Part shown: positions 17,749 to 28,396 of the stretch, in pieces
Layout: every line of letters starts with the position of its first letter
Numbering within the stretch: the first letter of the stretch is position 1
Assembly: GCA_041798205.1 (NCBI GenBank)
Contig: JBHCAK010000013.1
Span: forward strand, 13,647 to 77,646
DNA from: Sediminibacterium sp.
Lineage (GTDB): Bacteria; Bacteroidota; Bacteroidia; Chitinophagales; Chitinophagaceae
DNA length: 64,000 nucleotides
Reading direction: 5' to 3'
Notes under the pieces: generated by a model
Databases searched by the model: none
What the model saw: only the letters and a program-made list of their open reading frames with translations
What the model was told of the DNA's origin: nothing
Position numbers and translations under genes: made by a program

Positions 17749-20700
17749 TTACATATTTCTGCGGTATTGTCCGCCTACCTCATACAATGCATGTGTTATC
17801 TGGCCGAGTGAGCAGTATTTCACAGTTTCCATTAACACTTCAAACAGGTTTTCATTCCGCATAGCGGCTTCCTTGAGTTGTTTGAGCCGGCGGACAGAAT
17901 GACCTTCGTTCCTTTTCCAGAAAGCATGCAGGTTTTGTATCTGCTGCTCTTTTTCCTCCGTGGTAGAACGGATCACTTCTCCGGGCAAGGTAGTGGGACT
18001 TCCCTTCTTATTCAAAAACGTGTTGACGCCAATCAGTGGCAATTCACCGGTGTGTTTCAGGGTTTCGTAATACAGGCTTTCTTCCTGTATCTTATTGCGC
18101 TGGTACATCCTTTCCATAGCACCCAATACACCACCTCGTTCCGTAATACGATCAAACTCTGCCAATACCGCTTCTTCCACCAGGTTGGTCAGTTCTTCTA
18201 TGGCAAAACTGCCCTGGATAAAATTTTCAGTCTTGGCCGACCCAAGTTCCCTGTTGATGATGAGTTGAATGGCCATAGCTCTGCGTACGCTTTCTTCGGT
18301 TGGTGTGGTAATTGCTTCGTCGTAAGCATTTGTATGAAGACTGTTGCAATTATCATAAATGGCATACAGGGCCTGTAAGGTGGTACGGATATCGTTGAAA
18401 TCTATTTCCTGTGCATGCAGACTGCGGCCGCTGGTTTGTATATGGTATTTCAATTTCTGCGAGCGGTCGTTCCCATTATATTTGTTCTTCATGGCCTTTG
18501 CCCAGATGCGTCTTGCTACACGGCCTATGACGCTGTATTCGGGGTCCATACCATTGCTGAAGAAAAAAGATAGATTGGGAGCAAAGTCATCAATATGCAT
18601 GCCCCGGCTCAGGTAATATTCCACATAAGTGAATCCGTTTGCCAGCGTGAAGGCCAGTTGTGTAATGGGGTTGGCGCCTGCTTCGGCGATATGATAGCCG
18701 CTGATGCTTACACTGTAAAAATTACGCACTTTATGATCGATGAAATACGACTGCACATCTCCCATCAATTTCAATGCAAATTCAGTAGAAAAAATGCAGG
18801 TATTCTGTGCCTGGTCCTCCTTTAAGATATCTGCCTGTACCGTTCCGCGAACCTGCGACAATGCTTCAGCCCTGAGTTGTTCGTAAATATTCCGTGGCAA
18901 CACTTCTTCGCCACTCAAACCCAGCAGCTTTAGTCCGAGTCCGTTATTACCTTCAGGCAGCCGTTCAGGTGAGGCAGGATTATAATAATGCGGCCTGGGC
19001 AGGTGTTTGTATTTTTTCTCCAGCGCATCTTCAACCAGTGGCCATTGGTGATTGGTTTCTATCCATTTCTCACAAAGTTGGTCAATCGCAGCATTCATGA
19101 AAAAGGCCAGCAGTATGGGGGCCGGTCCGTTGATGGTCATGCTCACAGAAGTCTTCTGATCGCAGAGATCAAAACCACTGTATAGTTTTTTGGCATCATC
19201 CACGGTAGCAATGCTCACGCCACTGTTGCCTACCTTACCATAAATATCCGGGCGGTTTGCCGGATCCTCTCCGTATAAAGTAACACTATCGAAAGCAGTG
19301 GATAAACGTATGGCAGGTTGTCCCAACGACACATAGTGAAACCGTTTGTTGGTTCTTTCCGGGCCGCCTTCACCCGCGAACATTCGGGTAGGGTCTTCCC
19401 CCTGTCTCTTCAGTTCAAATACACCCGCTGTATAGGGAAATTCTCCGGGCACATTTTCCTGTAACTGCCAATGCAGGATATCTCCCCAATCTTTGTATTT
19501 GGGTAATACCAGTTTAGGTATGCGCGAACCACTCAATGAAACTGTGGTCAGCGGTTGCCGTATAACCTTATCACGTACCTGGTATTCAAAGAAATCGGAC
19601 TTGTATTTGGCAACCAGATCCGGCCATTGCTGAATCAGTTTTCTGCATGTTGCATGCAGTTGTGCATCTAATGAAACATAGATTTTTTGCAGTTCTGTTT
19701 TCAGTTCGCCTCTTACTTCCTGCATTGTGCCCTGTAGCTGGTAAAGTTTTGAAGCGATCATTGCCTGCTCTCTTACCCATGTATCGTAAGACCTGTTATT
19801 ATCGGTGATCTCTGATAAATAACGAACTCGTTTGGGCGGGATGATCTGTGAACGGGTTGTGGTGTCTTTATCATGTGCATGGATCTCAATCTTGCCGAAC
19901 GCCACACCTGTCTTTTCTTTCAATATCACCATCAGTTTCTCGAACAGTTCATTTACCCCGCTATCATTGAACTGCGCAGCAATGGTACCTATCACCGGTA
20001 GCTCTTCATTTTTGGCATCCCATAAACCATGATTGCGCTTGTATTGTTTGCGTACATCATGTAGGGCATCCAGAGCCCCTGCCTTATCGAATTTATTGAT
20101 GCATACCAGGTCGGCATAATCCAGCATATTGATTTTTTCCAACTGCGATGCAGCGCCATATTCGGGTGTCATCACATAGAGACTCACATCGCAATAGTCA
20201 AGTATGGAGGCATCGCTTTGTCCCACACCTGCCGATTCTAAAATGATCAGGTCAAATGCCGCAGCCCTGCAAACATCAATAGCATCCTGAACATATGCAC
20301 TTAATGCGGTATTGTCATCCCTTGTAGCCAGGCTGCGCATATACGCCCTCGGATGTGAGATAGCGTTCATCCTGATGCGGTCGCCCAATAAAGCGCCCCC
20401 CGTTTTTTTCTTGGAAGGGTCTACTGAAATAACTGCCAGCGTTTTATCTTCAAAAAGATTCAGGAAGCGCCGCACAATTTCATCTGTTACGCTGCTCTTA
20501 CCTGCACCACCTGTACCGGTAATACCCAGAACAGGAGATTGCTGCCGGTTGACGGGTGATGGCTTATTTTTTATGGTTGGCCTTTCACCGGTATTTTCTG
20601 CATTGGTAATTTCGCGTGCCAGCTTGCGGATGTCCTTCGCTTCTCCAAGTGTCATAGGATGTTTGTAAATACCATTGCCATTCAGGCCAAAATCACATTG

Positions 20701-21111
20701 CCTGATCACATCTTCAATCATGCCTTCCAGGCCCATGTGGCGTCCGTCATCGGGACTGTAAATCTTTGTAATACCATACCGGTGCAATTCCCTGATCTCT
20801 TCAGGCAGAATGGTTCCACCGCCGCCCCCAAAGATTTTGATGTGCCCGCAACCATTCTGATCCAGCAGGTCTTTCATGTATTTAAAGAATTCCACATGCC
20901 CGCCCTGGTAGCTGGTAATGGCAATACCCTGAACATCCTCTTCTATGGCACATTCCACAATATCAGCTACGCTCCGGTTGTGCCCGAGGTGAATGATCTC
21001 TGCCCCCTTTGCCTGCAATATGCGACGCATAATATTAATGGCAGCGTCGTGACCGTCGAAAAGGCTGGCAGCTGTAACGATCCTGATCTTATGTTGGGGT
21101 TGATAAGCCAT
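17749..21111 (-). CDS. icmF: fused isobutyryl-CoA mutase with MeaB-like GTPase (IcmF)
   Basis: N-terminal B12 domain FDGHDAA; GTPase GTGGAGKSS and ESAGVGQ; mutase domain RMFAGEG with Phe (ICM type), ISGYHI. Confidence 0.92.
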   Translation of the reverse strand: MAYQPQHKIRIVTAASLFDGHDAAINIMRRILQAKGAEIIHLGHNRSVADIVECAIEEDVQGIAITSYQGGHVEFFKYMKDLLDQNGCGHIKIFGGGGGTILPEEIRELHRYGITKIYSPDDGRHMGLEGMIEDVIRQCDFGLNGNGIYKHPMTLGEAKDIRKLAREITNAENTGERPTIKNKPSPVNRQQSPVLGITGTGGAGKSSVTDEIVRRFLNLFEDKTLAVISVDPSKKKTGGALLGDRIRMNAISHPRAYMRSLATRDDNTALSAYVQDAIDVCRAAAFDLIILESAGVGQSDASILDYCDVSLYVMTPEYGAASQLEKINMLDYADLVCINKFDKAGALDALHDVRKQYKRNHGLWDAKNEELPVIGTIAAQFNDSGVNELFEKLMVILKEKTGVAFGKIEIHAHDKDTTTRSQIIPPKRVRYLSEITDNNRSYDTWVREQAMIASKLYQLQGTMQEVRGELKTELQKIYVSLDAQLHATCRKLIQQWPDLVAKYKSDFFEYQVRDKVIRQPLTTVSLSGSRIPKLVLPKYKDWGDILHWQLQENVPGEFPYTAGVFELKRQGEDPTRMFAGEGGPERTNKRFHYVSLGQPAIRLSTAFDSVTLYGEDPANRPDIYGKVGNSGVSIATVDDAKKLYSGFDLCDQKTSVSMTINGPAPILLAFFMNAAIDQLCEKWIETNHQWPLVEDALEKKYKHLPRPHYYNPASPERLPEGNNGLGLKLLGLSGEEVLPRNIYEQLRAEALSQVRGTVQADILKEDQAQNTCIFSTEFALKLMGDVQSYFIDHKVRNFYSVSISGYHIAEAGANPITQLAFTLANGFTYVEYYLSRGMHIDDFAPNLSFFFSNGMDPEYSVIGRVARRIWAKAMKNKYNGNDRSQKLKYHIQTSGRSLHAQEIDFNDIRTTLQALYAIYDNCNSLHTNAYDEAITTPTEESVRRAMAIQLIINRELGSAKTENFIQGSFAIEELTNLVEEAVLAEFDRITERGGVLGAMERMYQRNKIQEESLYYETLKHTGELPLIGVNTFLNKKGSPTTLPGEVIRSTTEEKEQQIQNLHAFWKRNEGHSVRRLKQLKEAAMRNENLFEVLMETVKYCSLGQITHALYEVGGQYRRNM

Positions 21112-21133
21112 ATGCTATAGTTAGTGTAGACGG

Positions 21134-21141
21134 CAAAATTA
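21134..21141 (-). promoter_or_regulatory. -7 element TAATTTTG for icmF
   Basis: Exact TAnnTTTG match 22 nt upstream of the ATG. Confidence 0.6.
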
Positions 21142-21236
21142 CAATATTGCAGGCAATAGTTAACAACTGTTAGTTTTAATAACTGCTTCTTTTTGAATAG
21201 CAAATCTTCCTATTTTGGGTCTCCAAATAGAACCTT

Positions 21237-22211
21237 ATGTCTTTCGAAGTTGTTGTTGACAGGTCTGCCCAATATCCTGCTATTACTTTAAAAAATACTG
21301 TATCCGGATCTGAAGCTGAAATTTATGGTTTCGGAGCGCTTCTGAATGCTTTTCGCTTGCCCGTGAAAGGTCGCTTACTGAATGTTGTGGACGGTTTTAG
21401 TTCTGTGGCCGATGCAACCGACAATATTACCAATGGCTTCAAGAGTGCCAAATTAAGCCCTTTTGTCTGCCGCCTCAATAACGGCACTTATACTTTCGGA
21501 GAAAAACAGTATAAGGTAAACAGTTTTTATATGGGCGATCATGCCATTCATGGGCTCCTCTACAATCGGTCTTTTGAAATAATAAATACCAGCGTTGATC
21601 TGAATCATGCTGCTGTGCAGCTTCAATATAAATACAGTGGCGCCGATGAAGGATATCCATTCTCATTTACCATGCAGGTAGCCTGGAAACTGGAACCCGG
21701 TAAACAAACTGGCGACCGCCTTACTGTAACAACAAGTTTCACAAACAATCATTCTCTCCCCATTCCCCTGGCCGATGGATGGCATCCATATTTTACGCTG
21801 GGAACTGGGCTGGATGCCTGCTCACTTCAATTCAATACCGGCATGCAGGTAGCATTCAGCAGTGATTTGCTTCCCACCGGCAATATCATAGCTGATGAAC
21901 GGTTTGTACACAGCATTTCTATGAAAGGGATTGAACTGGATAATTGTTTTTTATTGGATCCATCAAAAGAACCCTCCTATTGTTTGTTGAAGAACGGAAC
22001 GGTGAGCCTGCTGATTGAGCCCGATGCTTCCTATCCTTATTTGCAGATCTATACACCCCCGCACCGCAAAAGCATTGCAATTGAAAACCTCACAGGTGCA
22101 CCCGATACTTTTAATAATGGGATCGGGCTGATGGTATTGAATGCGGGGGAAAGCAGGAACTTTGTAACCAGCTATACGGTAATGTCTGACGCGATGATCT
22201 CTGATACCTGA
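21237..22211 (+). CDS. aldose 1-epimerase family protein
   Basis: HAIHGL, GWHPYF, LQIYTP, AIENLT motifs. Confidence 0.9.
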   Translation: MSFEVVVDRSAQYPAITLKNTVSGSEAEIYGFGALLNAFRLPVKGRLLNVVDGFSSVADATDNITNGFKSAKLSPFVCRLNNGTYTFGEKQYKVNSFYMGDHAIHGLLYNRSFEIINTSVDLNHAAVQLQYKYSGADEGYPFSFTMQVAWKLEPGKQTGDRLTVTTSFTNNHSLPIPLADGWHPYFTLGTGLDACSLQFNTGMQVAFSSDLLPTGNIIADERFVHSISMKGIELDNCFLLDPSKEPSYCLLKNGTVSLLIEPDASYPYLQIYTPPHRKSIAIENLTGAPDTFNNGIGLMVLNAGESRNFVTSYTVMSDAMISDT

Positions 22212-22260
22212 TGTGATGTTCACATTTTTTATATGTACAAATCAAATCAGGCACCAGTTA

Positions 22261-22641
22261 TTATCCGGCCGCTGTTATACTGATCTCCACATTCACTCCC
22301 TTCGGCAATCCTTTTACCGCAACAGTTTCACGGGCGGGATAAGAGCCGATGAAATAAGAGCCATATACTTCATTCACTGCTGCAAAAAGTCCCATATCAC
22401 TCAGGAAAATGGTGGTTTTTACAATGTTGGCGAAACCAAGTTTGGATTCTTCCAGTATGGCGGCTATGTTTTTCATTACCTGGTGTGTTTCTGCCTGTAT
22501 ATTAGACATTTCCAGTGCACCCGTTTCAGGAACAATGGCCACCTGGCCACTCACGAATAAGAAGCCATTTGCTTTCACCGCCTGGCTGTAAGGGCCAATA
22601 GGGGCAGGCGCCTTTGCAGTTTCTATCGTTTCTTTAGACAT
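22261..22641 (-). CDS. ridA: RidA-family reactive-intermediate deaminase
   Basis: APAPIGPYSQA, VSGQ, PARETV, LPKGVNVEI; start MSKE at 22641. Confidence 0.92.
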   Translation of the reverse strand: MSKETIETAKAPAPIGPYSQAVKANGFLFVSGQVAIVPETGALEMSNIQAETHQVMKNIAAILEESKLGFANIVKTTIFLSDMGLFAAVNEVYGSYFIGSYPARETVAVKGLPKGVNVEISITAAG

Positions 22642-22694
22642 ATAGACTGATTTGATTCTTTGCAAATTGATGTATTTCTATCATCCGGCCAACC

Positions 22695-22702
22695 TAAATT
22701 TG
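22695..22702 (+). promoter_or_regulatory. -7 element TAAATTTG
   Basis: Exact TAnnTTTG match 20 nt upstream of ATG 22723. Confidence 0.6.
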
Positions 22703-22722
22703 CGTTTTAATTCAAACCGGCC

Positions 22723-23328
22723 ATGCACATTGCCATCAATGCAGATCCGTTACAAAAAGAAGCCATCCTTCAAAAAGGCATTCCGGCTAAAGTTGACATA
22801 AGCTGGATGCAGACAGGAATGGAGATACCTGCTGCCGATGCCTATTTCGATTTTTCGGAAACGCATAGTCTGTTCAGTATTATAAAAGACAAACCGGTTT
22901 TTGTAAATGAAGTATTGCTTACAGGCAACCAGTTGCCGCATAACTGCATTCGTGTAAATGCATGGAGCAGTTTTCTCGAAAGGCCTTTGCTGGAAATTGC
23001 CGCAGCGTATACAAACAGTGAAGCAGCAAATATCCTGCAAACGTTGGAATGGAAATACCAATGGACGCCTGATGAGCCTGGCTTTATCGCGGCAAGAATG
23101 GTGGCCATGATCATCAATGAAGCGTATTTTGCACTGGAACAACAAGTGAGTTCGAAAAAAGAGATAGATACTGCCATGAAACTGGGTACCAATTATCCGA
23201 TGGGCCCTTTTGAATGGGCTGAAAAGATAGGCCTCCGGCGCATCTATCATTTACTGAAAACACTGGAAAAAGAAGACAAACGGTACAAAGCTGCCGGATT
23301 ATTGGAAAAAGAAGCCCTGCAACCCTGA
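22723..23328 (+). CDS. 3-hydroxyacyl-CoA dehydrogenase C-terminal-domain protein (degenerate N-terminus)
   Basis: PGFIAARMVAMIINEA and IDTAMKLGTNYPMGPFEW; no GxGxxG motif. Confidence 0.8.
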   Translation: MHIAINADPLQKEAILQKGIPAKVDISWMQTGMEIPAADAYFDFSETHSLFSIIKDKPVFVNEVLLTGNQLPHNCIRVNAWSSFLERPLLEIAAAYTNSEAANILQTLEWKYQWTPDEPGFIAARMVAMIINEAYFALEQQVSSKKEIDTAMKLGTNYPMGPFEWAEKIGLRRIYHLLKTLEKEDKRYKAAGLLEKEALQP

Positions 23329-23329
23329 G

Positions 23330-24007
23330 ATGCCAACCATTTTACATATAGATACGGCCACAGAACGGGCTGGTGTTTGTATCAGCCAGGATGGCCGGGT
23401 TTTACACCAGTTCGAAAGCCTGGAACAAAAAAACCATGCTGCTTTCATTCAGCCGGCTATTCAAAACCTGCTACTGGAATCGGGGCTCACGCTACCTGCA
23501 GTTGATGCGGTTGCCGTTACATCCGGACCGGGTAGTTATACCGGTCTGCGGGTTGGGCTGGCCTCGGCAAAAGGTATTTGTTTTGCACTTGATAAACCCC
23601 TGATTCTGTTGAACACGCTGAAGGTAATGGCTTCAGCGATCAGAGCAAAGATGGATACTACGGACCTGGTCTGCCCAATGATTGATGCACGCAGAATGGA
23701 AGTTTTCACTGCAGTATACGATGCTTCTTTACAGGAAATTTTGCCTCCCCGGGCAATGATACTGGACCAGGATGCTTTTGGCAACCTGCTGAAAAACAGC
23801 CGGGTTCATTTTTGTGGCAACGGTATACAAAAATTCAAAAGCCTGACCAGCCACTCAAATGTCGTTTTTAACAATTCCACCCACCATGCCAGAGATATGG
23901 TGGAACTGGCAGAAAAAGCCTTTGAAAGTCAGTCTTTTGCCAACCTTGCTTATAGCGAACCTTTTTATGTCAAAGAGTTTTTTGATGGTTTGGGGCGATC
24001 AGAGTAA
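23330..24007 (+). CDS. tsaB: tRNA t6A biosynthesis protein TsaB
   Basis: LHIDTA, GPGSYTGLRVG, PMIDARRMEV. Confidence 0.95.
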   Translation: MPTILHIDTATERAGVCISQDGRVLHQFESLEQKNHAAFIQPAIQNLLLESGLTLPAVDAVAVTSGPGSYTGLRVGLASAKGICFALDKPLILLNTLKVMASAIRAKMDTTDLVCPMIDARRMEVFTAVYDASLQEILPPRAMILDQDAFGNLLKNSRVHFCGNGIQKFKSLTSHSNVVFNNSTHHARDMVELAEKAFESQSFANLAYSEPFYVKEFFDGLGRSE

Positions 24008-24113
24008 TATTTTTTTTGTATTCACAAAAATTATACTATAAAACCCAAACAATGTTGTAGCTTTACAGGTGCAATTTTAGTTTTTTAACCCCCCAATTAT
24101 AACTTTTATTGTC

Positions 24114-24449
24114 ATGAGTCAATCATTGCAGTCCGTTGTTTTGAACAACGGTAAAGCGCAGATAAAAGTTGATTTCTTGCACACCAAGAAAGCAGCCCTT
24201 ATCCTGCGTTCTGTGAACCACAAGCTTCGCCAGCAGATCATTAAATTGTTGGATGATCACCAGAAAATGACGGTTACAGAAATCTATGTCAAATTAAGGC
24301 TTGAACAATCCGTAGCGTCTCAGCACCTTGCCATCCTCAGGAGGGCCGGTATTGTTAGTACTGCACGCGATGGAAAATTCATCTTTTATTCTGTGAATTA
24401 TACCCGCCTCGCAGAAGTAGTTGGTTTTGTTGAAACATTGGTAGCCTGA
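24114..24449 (+). CDS. ArsR/SmtB-family regulator (cysteine-free)
   Basis: NHKLRQQII, EQSVASQHLAILRRAGIV HTH. Confidence 0.88.
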   Translation: MSQSLQSVVLNNGKAQIKVDFLHTKKAALILRSVNHKLRQQIIKLLDDHQKMTVTEIYVKLRLEQSVASQHLAILRRAGIVSTARDGKFIFYSVNYTRLAEVVGFVETLVA

Positions 24450-24464
24450 TACCTAAAATAAATT

Positions 24465-25883
24465 GTGATGTTTGTAAAGCAGTTGTATACGGGCTGTCTG
24501 AGTGAAGCCGCCTATTATATTGAGAGTGAGGGAGAAGCCGCAGTAATTGACCCCCTGCGTGATATTGAAGAATACCTTCAACTGGCGAGGGAGCGCAATG
24601 CAAACATCAAATATATTTTTGAAACACACTTTCATGCCGATTTTGTAAGCGGCCATCTTGATCTCGCAGCTGCAACAGGAGCGGCCATCGTATATGGTCC
24701 GGGTACCAGGACCAGCTTCCCGGTGCACGTTGCCAAAGACGGCGAACTATTTTCTATTGGCCGGTTGAAAGTGCAGGTATTGCATACACCGGGTCATACC
24801 CTTGAAAGCAGTTGTTATTTGCTCAAAGATGAAACCGGTAAAGATCATGCCCTGTTTACAGGCGATACATTGTTTGTGGGGGATGTTGGCCGTCCGGATC
24901 TTGCACAAAAAGGAGAAGAACTTACCATGAATGACCTTGCAGGTATGCTCTATGAGAGCCTGCGGGCAAAGATCCTTCCCTTGACAGATGATGTGATCAT
25001 TTACCCGGCTCACGGAGCAGGAAGCAGTTGCGGTAAAAACCTCGGTACCGAAACTTATAGTACGGTTGGCGAACAAAAGATGACCAATTATGCATTGGCT
25101 TCACAAACCAAAGAGGAGTTCATCAAGGCTGTGACGGATGGATTAACAATGCCGCCTCAGTATTTTCCCGTCAATGCCCAGATCAACAAAGAGGGGTATG
25201 AAAGCCTCGATGCCCTGCTTCAGAAAGGTATGCAGGCACTGGATATTGAATCATTCAAACAGAAAGCGCAGGAAGAGGGCGCCCTCATATTAGACACCCG
25301 CAAAGCCGCTGTGTTTACACAGGGCTTTGTGCCGGGGTCTGTAAGCATCGGCCTGGAGGGCCGTTTTGCTGAATGGGCCGGCAGCTTGTTGCCATTTGAC
25401 AAGCCCCTGTTGCTGGTAACAGAAGCCGGACAGGAAAGAGAAACCATTGTTCGCCTTGCACGGGTGGGGTTTGAGAAATTTGAAGGCCACCTGGCAGGTG
25501 GTTATGAAGCCTGGCTTGCAGATGGGCAAAAGATTGATATGATCATCGACGTGGAAGCAGATGAACTGGCCATGGATATGCCCTTCGATTCCAACCTGGT
25601 AATCGTGGATGTAAGAAAGTTAACCGAATATGCTGATGGTCATATCAGCGAAGCCGTTAATATCCCCCTTGAAACATTGACCGATCCGGCCAGCATGGCC
25701 GACCTGGATGAGCACCATAATATTTATGTACACTGTGCCGGTGGTTATCGTAGCGTCATCGCTTTATCACTCATCAAAAGACAAGGTATTCACAACCTGC
25801 GCAACATAATAGGCGGATGGAGTAAGATCAAAGAATTGCCCGATAAATTCCGTATTGAAAAAAGTACGGAAGTATTGAATTAA
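24465..25883 (+). CDS. MBL-fold hydrolase / rhodanese fusion (persulfide dioxygenase-like)
   Basis: THFHADF, HTPGHT, FTGD, PAHGAG; two rhodanese-like domains, the last with HCAGGYRS. Confidence 0.9.
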   Translation: MMFVKQLYTGCLSEAAYYIESEGEAAVIDPLRDIEEYLQLARERNANIKYIFETHFHADFVSGHLDLAAATGAAIVYGPGTRTSFPVHVAKDGELFSIGRLKVQVLHTPGHTLESSCYLLKDETGKDHALFTGDTLFVGDVGRPDLAQKGEELTMNDLAGMLYESLRAKILPLTDDVIIYPAHGAGSSCGKNLGTETYSTVGEQKMTNYALASQTKEEFIKAVTDGLTMPPQYFPVNAQINKEGYESLDALLQKGMQALDIESFKQKAQEEGALILDTRKAAVFTQGFVPGSVSIGLEGRFAEWAGSLLPFDKPLLLVTEAGQERETIVRLARVGFEKFEGHLAGGYEAWLADGQKIDMIIDVEADELAMDMPFDSNLVIVDVRKLTEYADGHISEAVNIPLETLTDPASMADLDEHHNIYVHCAGGYRSVIALSLIKRQGIHNLRNIIGGWSKIKELPDKFRIEKSTEVLN

Positions 25884-26764
25884 CGGATCATCAGGTGTCC
25901 GAACTTCTCTTCGTCATATGCAAACTTCCATCTGCGGTGACTCCACAAATAATTGTCGGGAATCTTTTTTACCGAGGCTTCTATTTTGTTGACCAGTAAT
26001 CTGGTCAATGCACCATTTGGGTAACTTTTAGGCTCTGTGGTTACCAGTTCCATATCTACTCTATAATACCCCCTTTTTAATTTGTAAAAATGAGCATACA
26101 CAACAGCTGTATTGTTCACTTTCGCGCCTTTTTCCGGCCCCCTGACAAAGGGAGCAGGCTTGCCGAAAAAAGGGGTCCAGTAGGCTTTATCCGGCCCGCC
26201 CGGATTCTGATCAGCCACCAGTATCAGTGCATACTCACTGTGGATGTATTTATGAAAATCACGCCTGAATTCAGTAGCAGGTACGAGTAATGTACCGAAT
26301 TTGGTTCTAAGCCTGTATACCAGTTTATCGAATATTTTATTCGACAGGGGCATGTACACTACTACAAAAGGAAACTTACTGTCCAGTGCCACACCCAGGT
26401 TGGCAAACTCCCAATTGAAATAATGCCCGCTAATTATCTGTACGTTTTGTCCGCTTCCATATAATTGGTTCAACACTTCAATATTGGTGGAAAACCGTTT
26501 CCGGAATTCTCTCTCGCTTATTGAAAGTAATTTGATGGACTCAATGAAAGAATCGATAAAGTTATGATAGAATTTTTTAGCTATGCGTGTCTTTTCCGCC
26601 TCATTTTTTTCCGGGAATGCAATTGCCAGGTTGCTCATCACTACTTTCTTCCTGTAACCGATCACATAATAAACCAGCAGATAAATTCCATCACTCAATA
26701 AATAAAGTATACGCCAGGGCAGCAGCGACAATGAATAAAAGAAGGCATAAACAATATAATACAT
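25880..26764 (-). CDS. lipid A late acyltransferase (LpxL/HtrB family)
   Basis: N-terminal TM, GHYFNWE (HX4E), VADQNP, YLWSHRRWK. Confidence 0.9.
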   Translation of the reverse strand: MYYIVYAFFYSLSLLPWRILYLLSDGIYLLVYYVIGYRKKVVMSNLAIAFPEKNEAEKTRIAKKFYHNFIDSFIESIKLLSISEREFRKRFSTNIEVLNQLYGSGQNVQIISGHYFNWEFANLGVALDSKFPFVVVYMPLSNKIFDKLVYRLRTKFGTLLVPATEFRRDFHKYIHSEYALILVADQNPGGPDKAYWTPFFGKPAPFVRGPEKGAKVNNTAVVYAHFYKLKRGYYRVDMELVTTEPKSYPNGALTRLLVNKIEASVKKIPDNYLWSHRRWKFAYDEEKFGHLMIR

Positions 26765-26773
26765 GCGAATAAT

Positions 26774-28369
26774 TTAGAGTATGATGTTTTGCAGTAAAGG
26801 GCTTTTCTCCTGGTGATCTGTATTATAATGCAAGCCCCTGCTTTCTTTCCTGAACTGTGCTCCTTTCACAATCAGGTATCCAACAGTGATCAGGTTACGC
26901 AGCTCACACAACTGGGGCGATACTTTGGTGAAACGGTAAAGATCTTCTGTTTCGGTAAACAGCAGGTCAAGCCTTTTCATGGCCCTTTCCAAACGCACAT
27001 CAGTCCGCACAATACCTACATAATCGCTCATGATCTGTTGAAGCTCTTTCTGACTTTGGGTAATCAGGATCATTTCCCTCGGATCAGTGGTACTCAATGC
27101 TTTCCAGTCGGGTATATTTTCTTCAAAAGCAATGGAGTCTATGTTGTTCACGGCATCGAGAAAACAACGATGGCCGAAAACCATGGCTTCCAGCAGGCTG
27201 TTGCTGGCAAGTCGGTTGGCTCCATGCAGACCTGTACTGGCACATTCGCCGCAAGCGTACAGGTGTTGAATGGAAGTCCTGCCCCATTCATCCGTCTTGA
27301 TACCGCCACAACTATAATGCGCTGCAGGCGAAACCGGTATCATGTGCTGCATCACATCGATGCCAATGCTCATGCACTTCTGGTAAATATTGGGGAAATG
27401 CCTCAGGAATTTCTCCCTGTCCATTTCCCTGCAATCGAGGTACACATATTCGGTACCGGTACGTTTCATTTCGTTATCTATGGCCCTGGCTACAATATCC
27501 CGTGGGGCCAGGTCTTTCCGCAGATCGTATCGTTCCATGAAAGCTTCTCCATTCCTGTTGCGCAGGATGGCTCCGTCGCCCCTCACCGCTTCCGTGATCA
27601 GGAAAGAAGGAGAAATACCTGGTTCATATAAGGCCGTTGGATGAAACTGGATGAATTCCATATTCTCAATCCTGCCCTTGGCGCGATAAACCATTGCCAG
27701 CCCATCCCCCGTAGCAATACGTGGATTAGTAGTGGTTCTATAGGCCTGTCCGCAACCACCCGAAGCCAGCAATGTGATTCTGGCCAGTATTTTCTCTATC
27801 TGGTTGGTATGTTCATTCAATACATATACGCCATAGCAGGTAATATCTGGTGTGGATTTTGTAACCAGGTAACCCAGGTGATGCTGTGTAATGATGTCAA
27901 TCACATAACAATGGTGAATGAGCGTAATATTGGCCACTTGCTTCATCTCTTCCAACAAAGCCCTTTCAATCTCTTTACCGGTAACATCTTTGTGATGAAG
28001 GATACGATTCTCACTATGGCCGCCCTCTTTGCCCAGGCTGTATTCGCCTTTCTCATCCTTATCGAACCGCGCTCCATATTCAATGATCTCTTTGATGCGT
28101 TCCGGTCCTTCTTTTACCACAATTTCCACTATCTGTTCATTACACAACCCATCGCCTGCAATCAGCGTATCTTCAATATGTTTTACATAACTATCGTTCT
28201 CTTCATCCCATACCCCCGCCACGCCTCCCTGCGCGTATTTGGTATTGGTTTCATCTACACTCGTCTTGGTAATAACCGTAACCTGTTTCAGCGGATGTTG
28301 CTTGGCCGTTTTCAATGCATACGTCAATCCCGCAATACCCGATCCTATTACCAGAAAATCTGTCCGCAT
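26774..28369 (-). CDS. nadB: L-aspartate oxidase
   Basis: IGSGIAG, AQGGV, EGGHS, QFHPT, LAPRDIVAR, HGANRLASNSLLE. Confidence 0.96.
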   Translation of the reverse strand: MRTDFLVIGSGIAGLTYALKTAKQHPLKQVTVITKTSVDETNTKYAQGGVAGVWDEENDSYVKHIEDTLIAGDGLCNEQIVEIVVKEGPERIKEIIEYGARFDKDEKGEYSLGKEGGHSENRILHHKDVTGKEIERALLEEMKQVANITLIHHCYVIDIITQHHLGYLVTKSTPDITCYGVYVLNEHTNQIEKILARITLLASGGCGQAYRTTTNPRIATGDGLAMVYRAKGRIENMEFIQFHPTALYEPGISPSFLITEAVRGDGAILRNRNGEAFMERYDLRKDLAPRDIVARAIDNEMKRTGTEYVYLDCREMDREKFLRHFPNIYQKCMSIGIDVMQHMIPVSPAAHYSCGGIKTDEWGRTSIQHLYACGECASTGLHGANRLASNSLLEAMVFGHRCFLDAVNNIDSIAFEENIPDWKALSTTDPREMILITQSQKELQQIMSDYVGIVRTDVRLERAMKRLDLLFTETEDLYRFTKVSPQLCELRNLITVGYLIVKGAQFRKESRGLHYNTDHQEKSPLLQNIIL

Positions 28370-28396
28370 ATACTTTTAATAACTGCTTATGAATAA

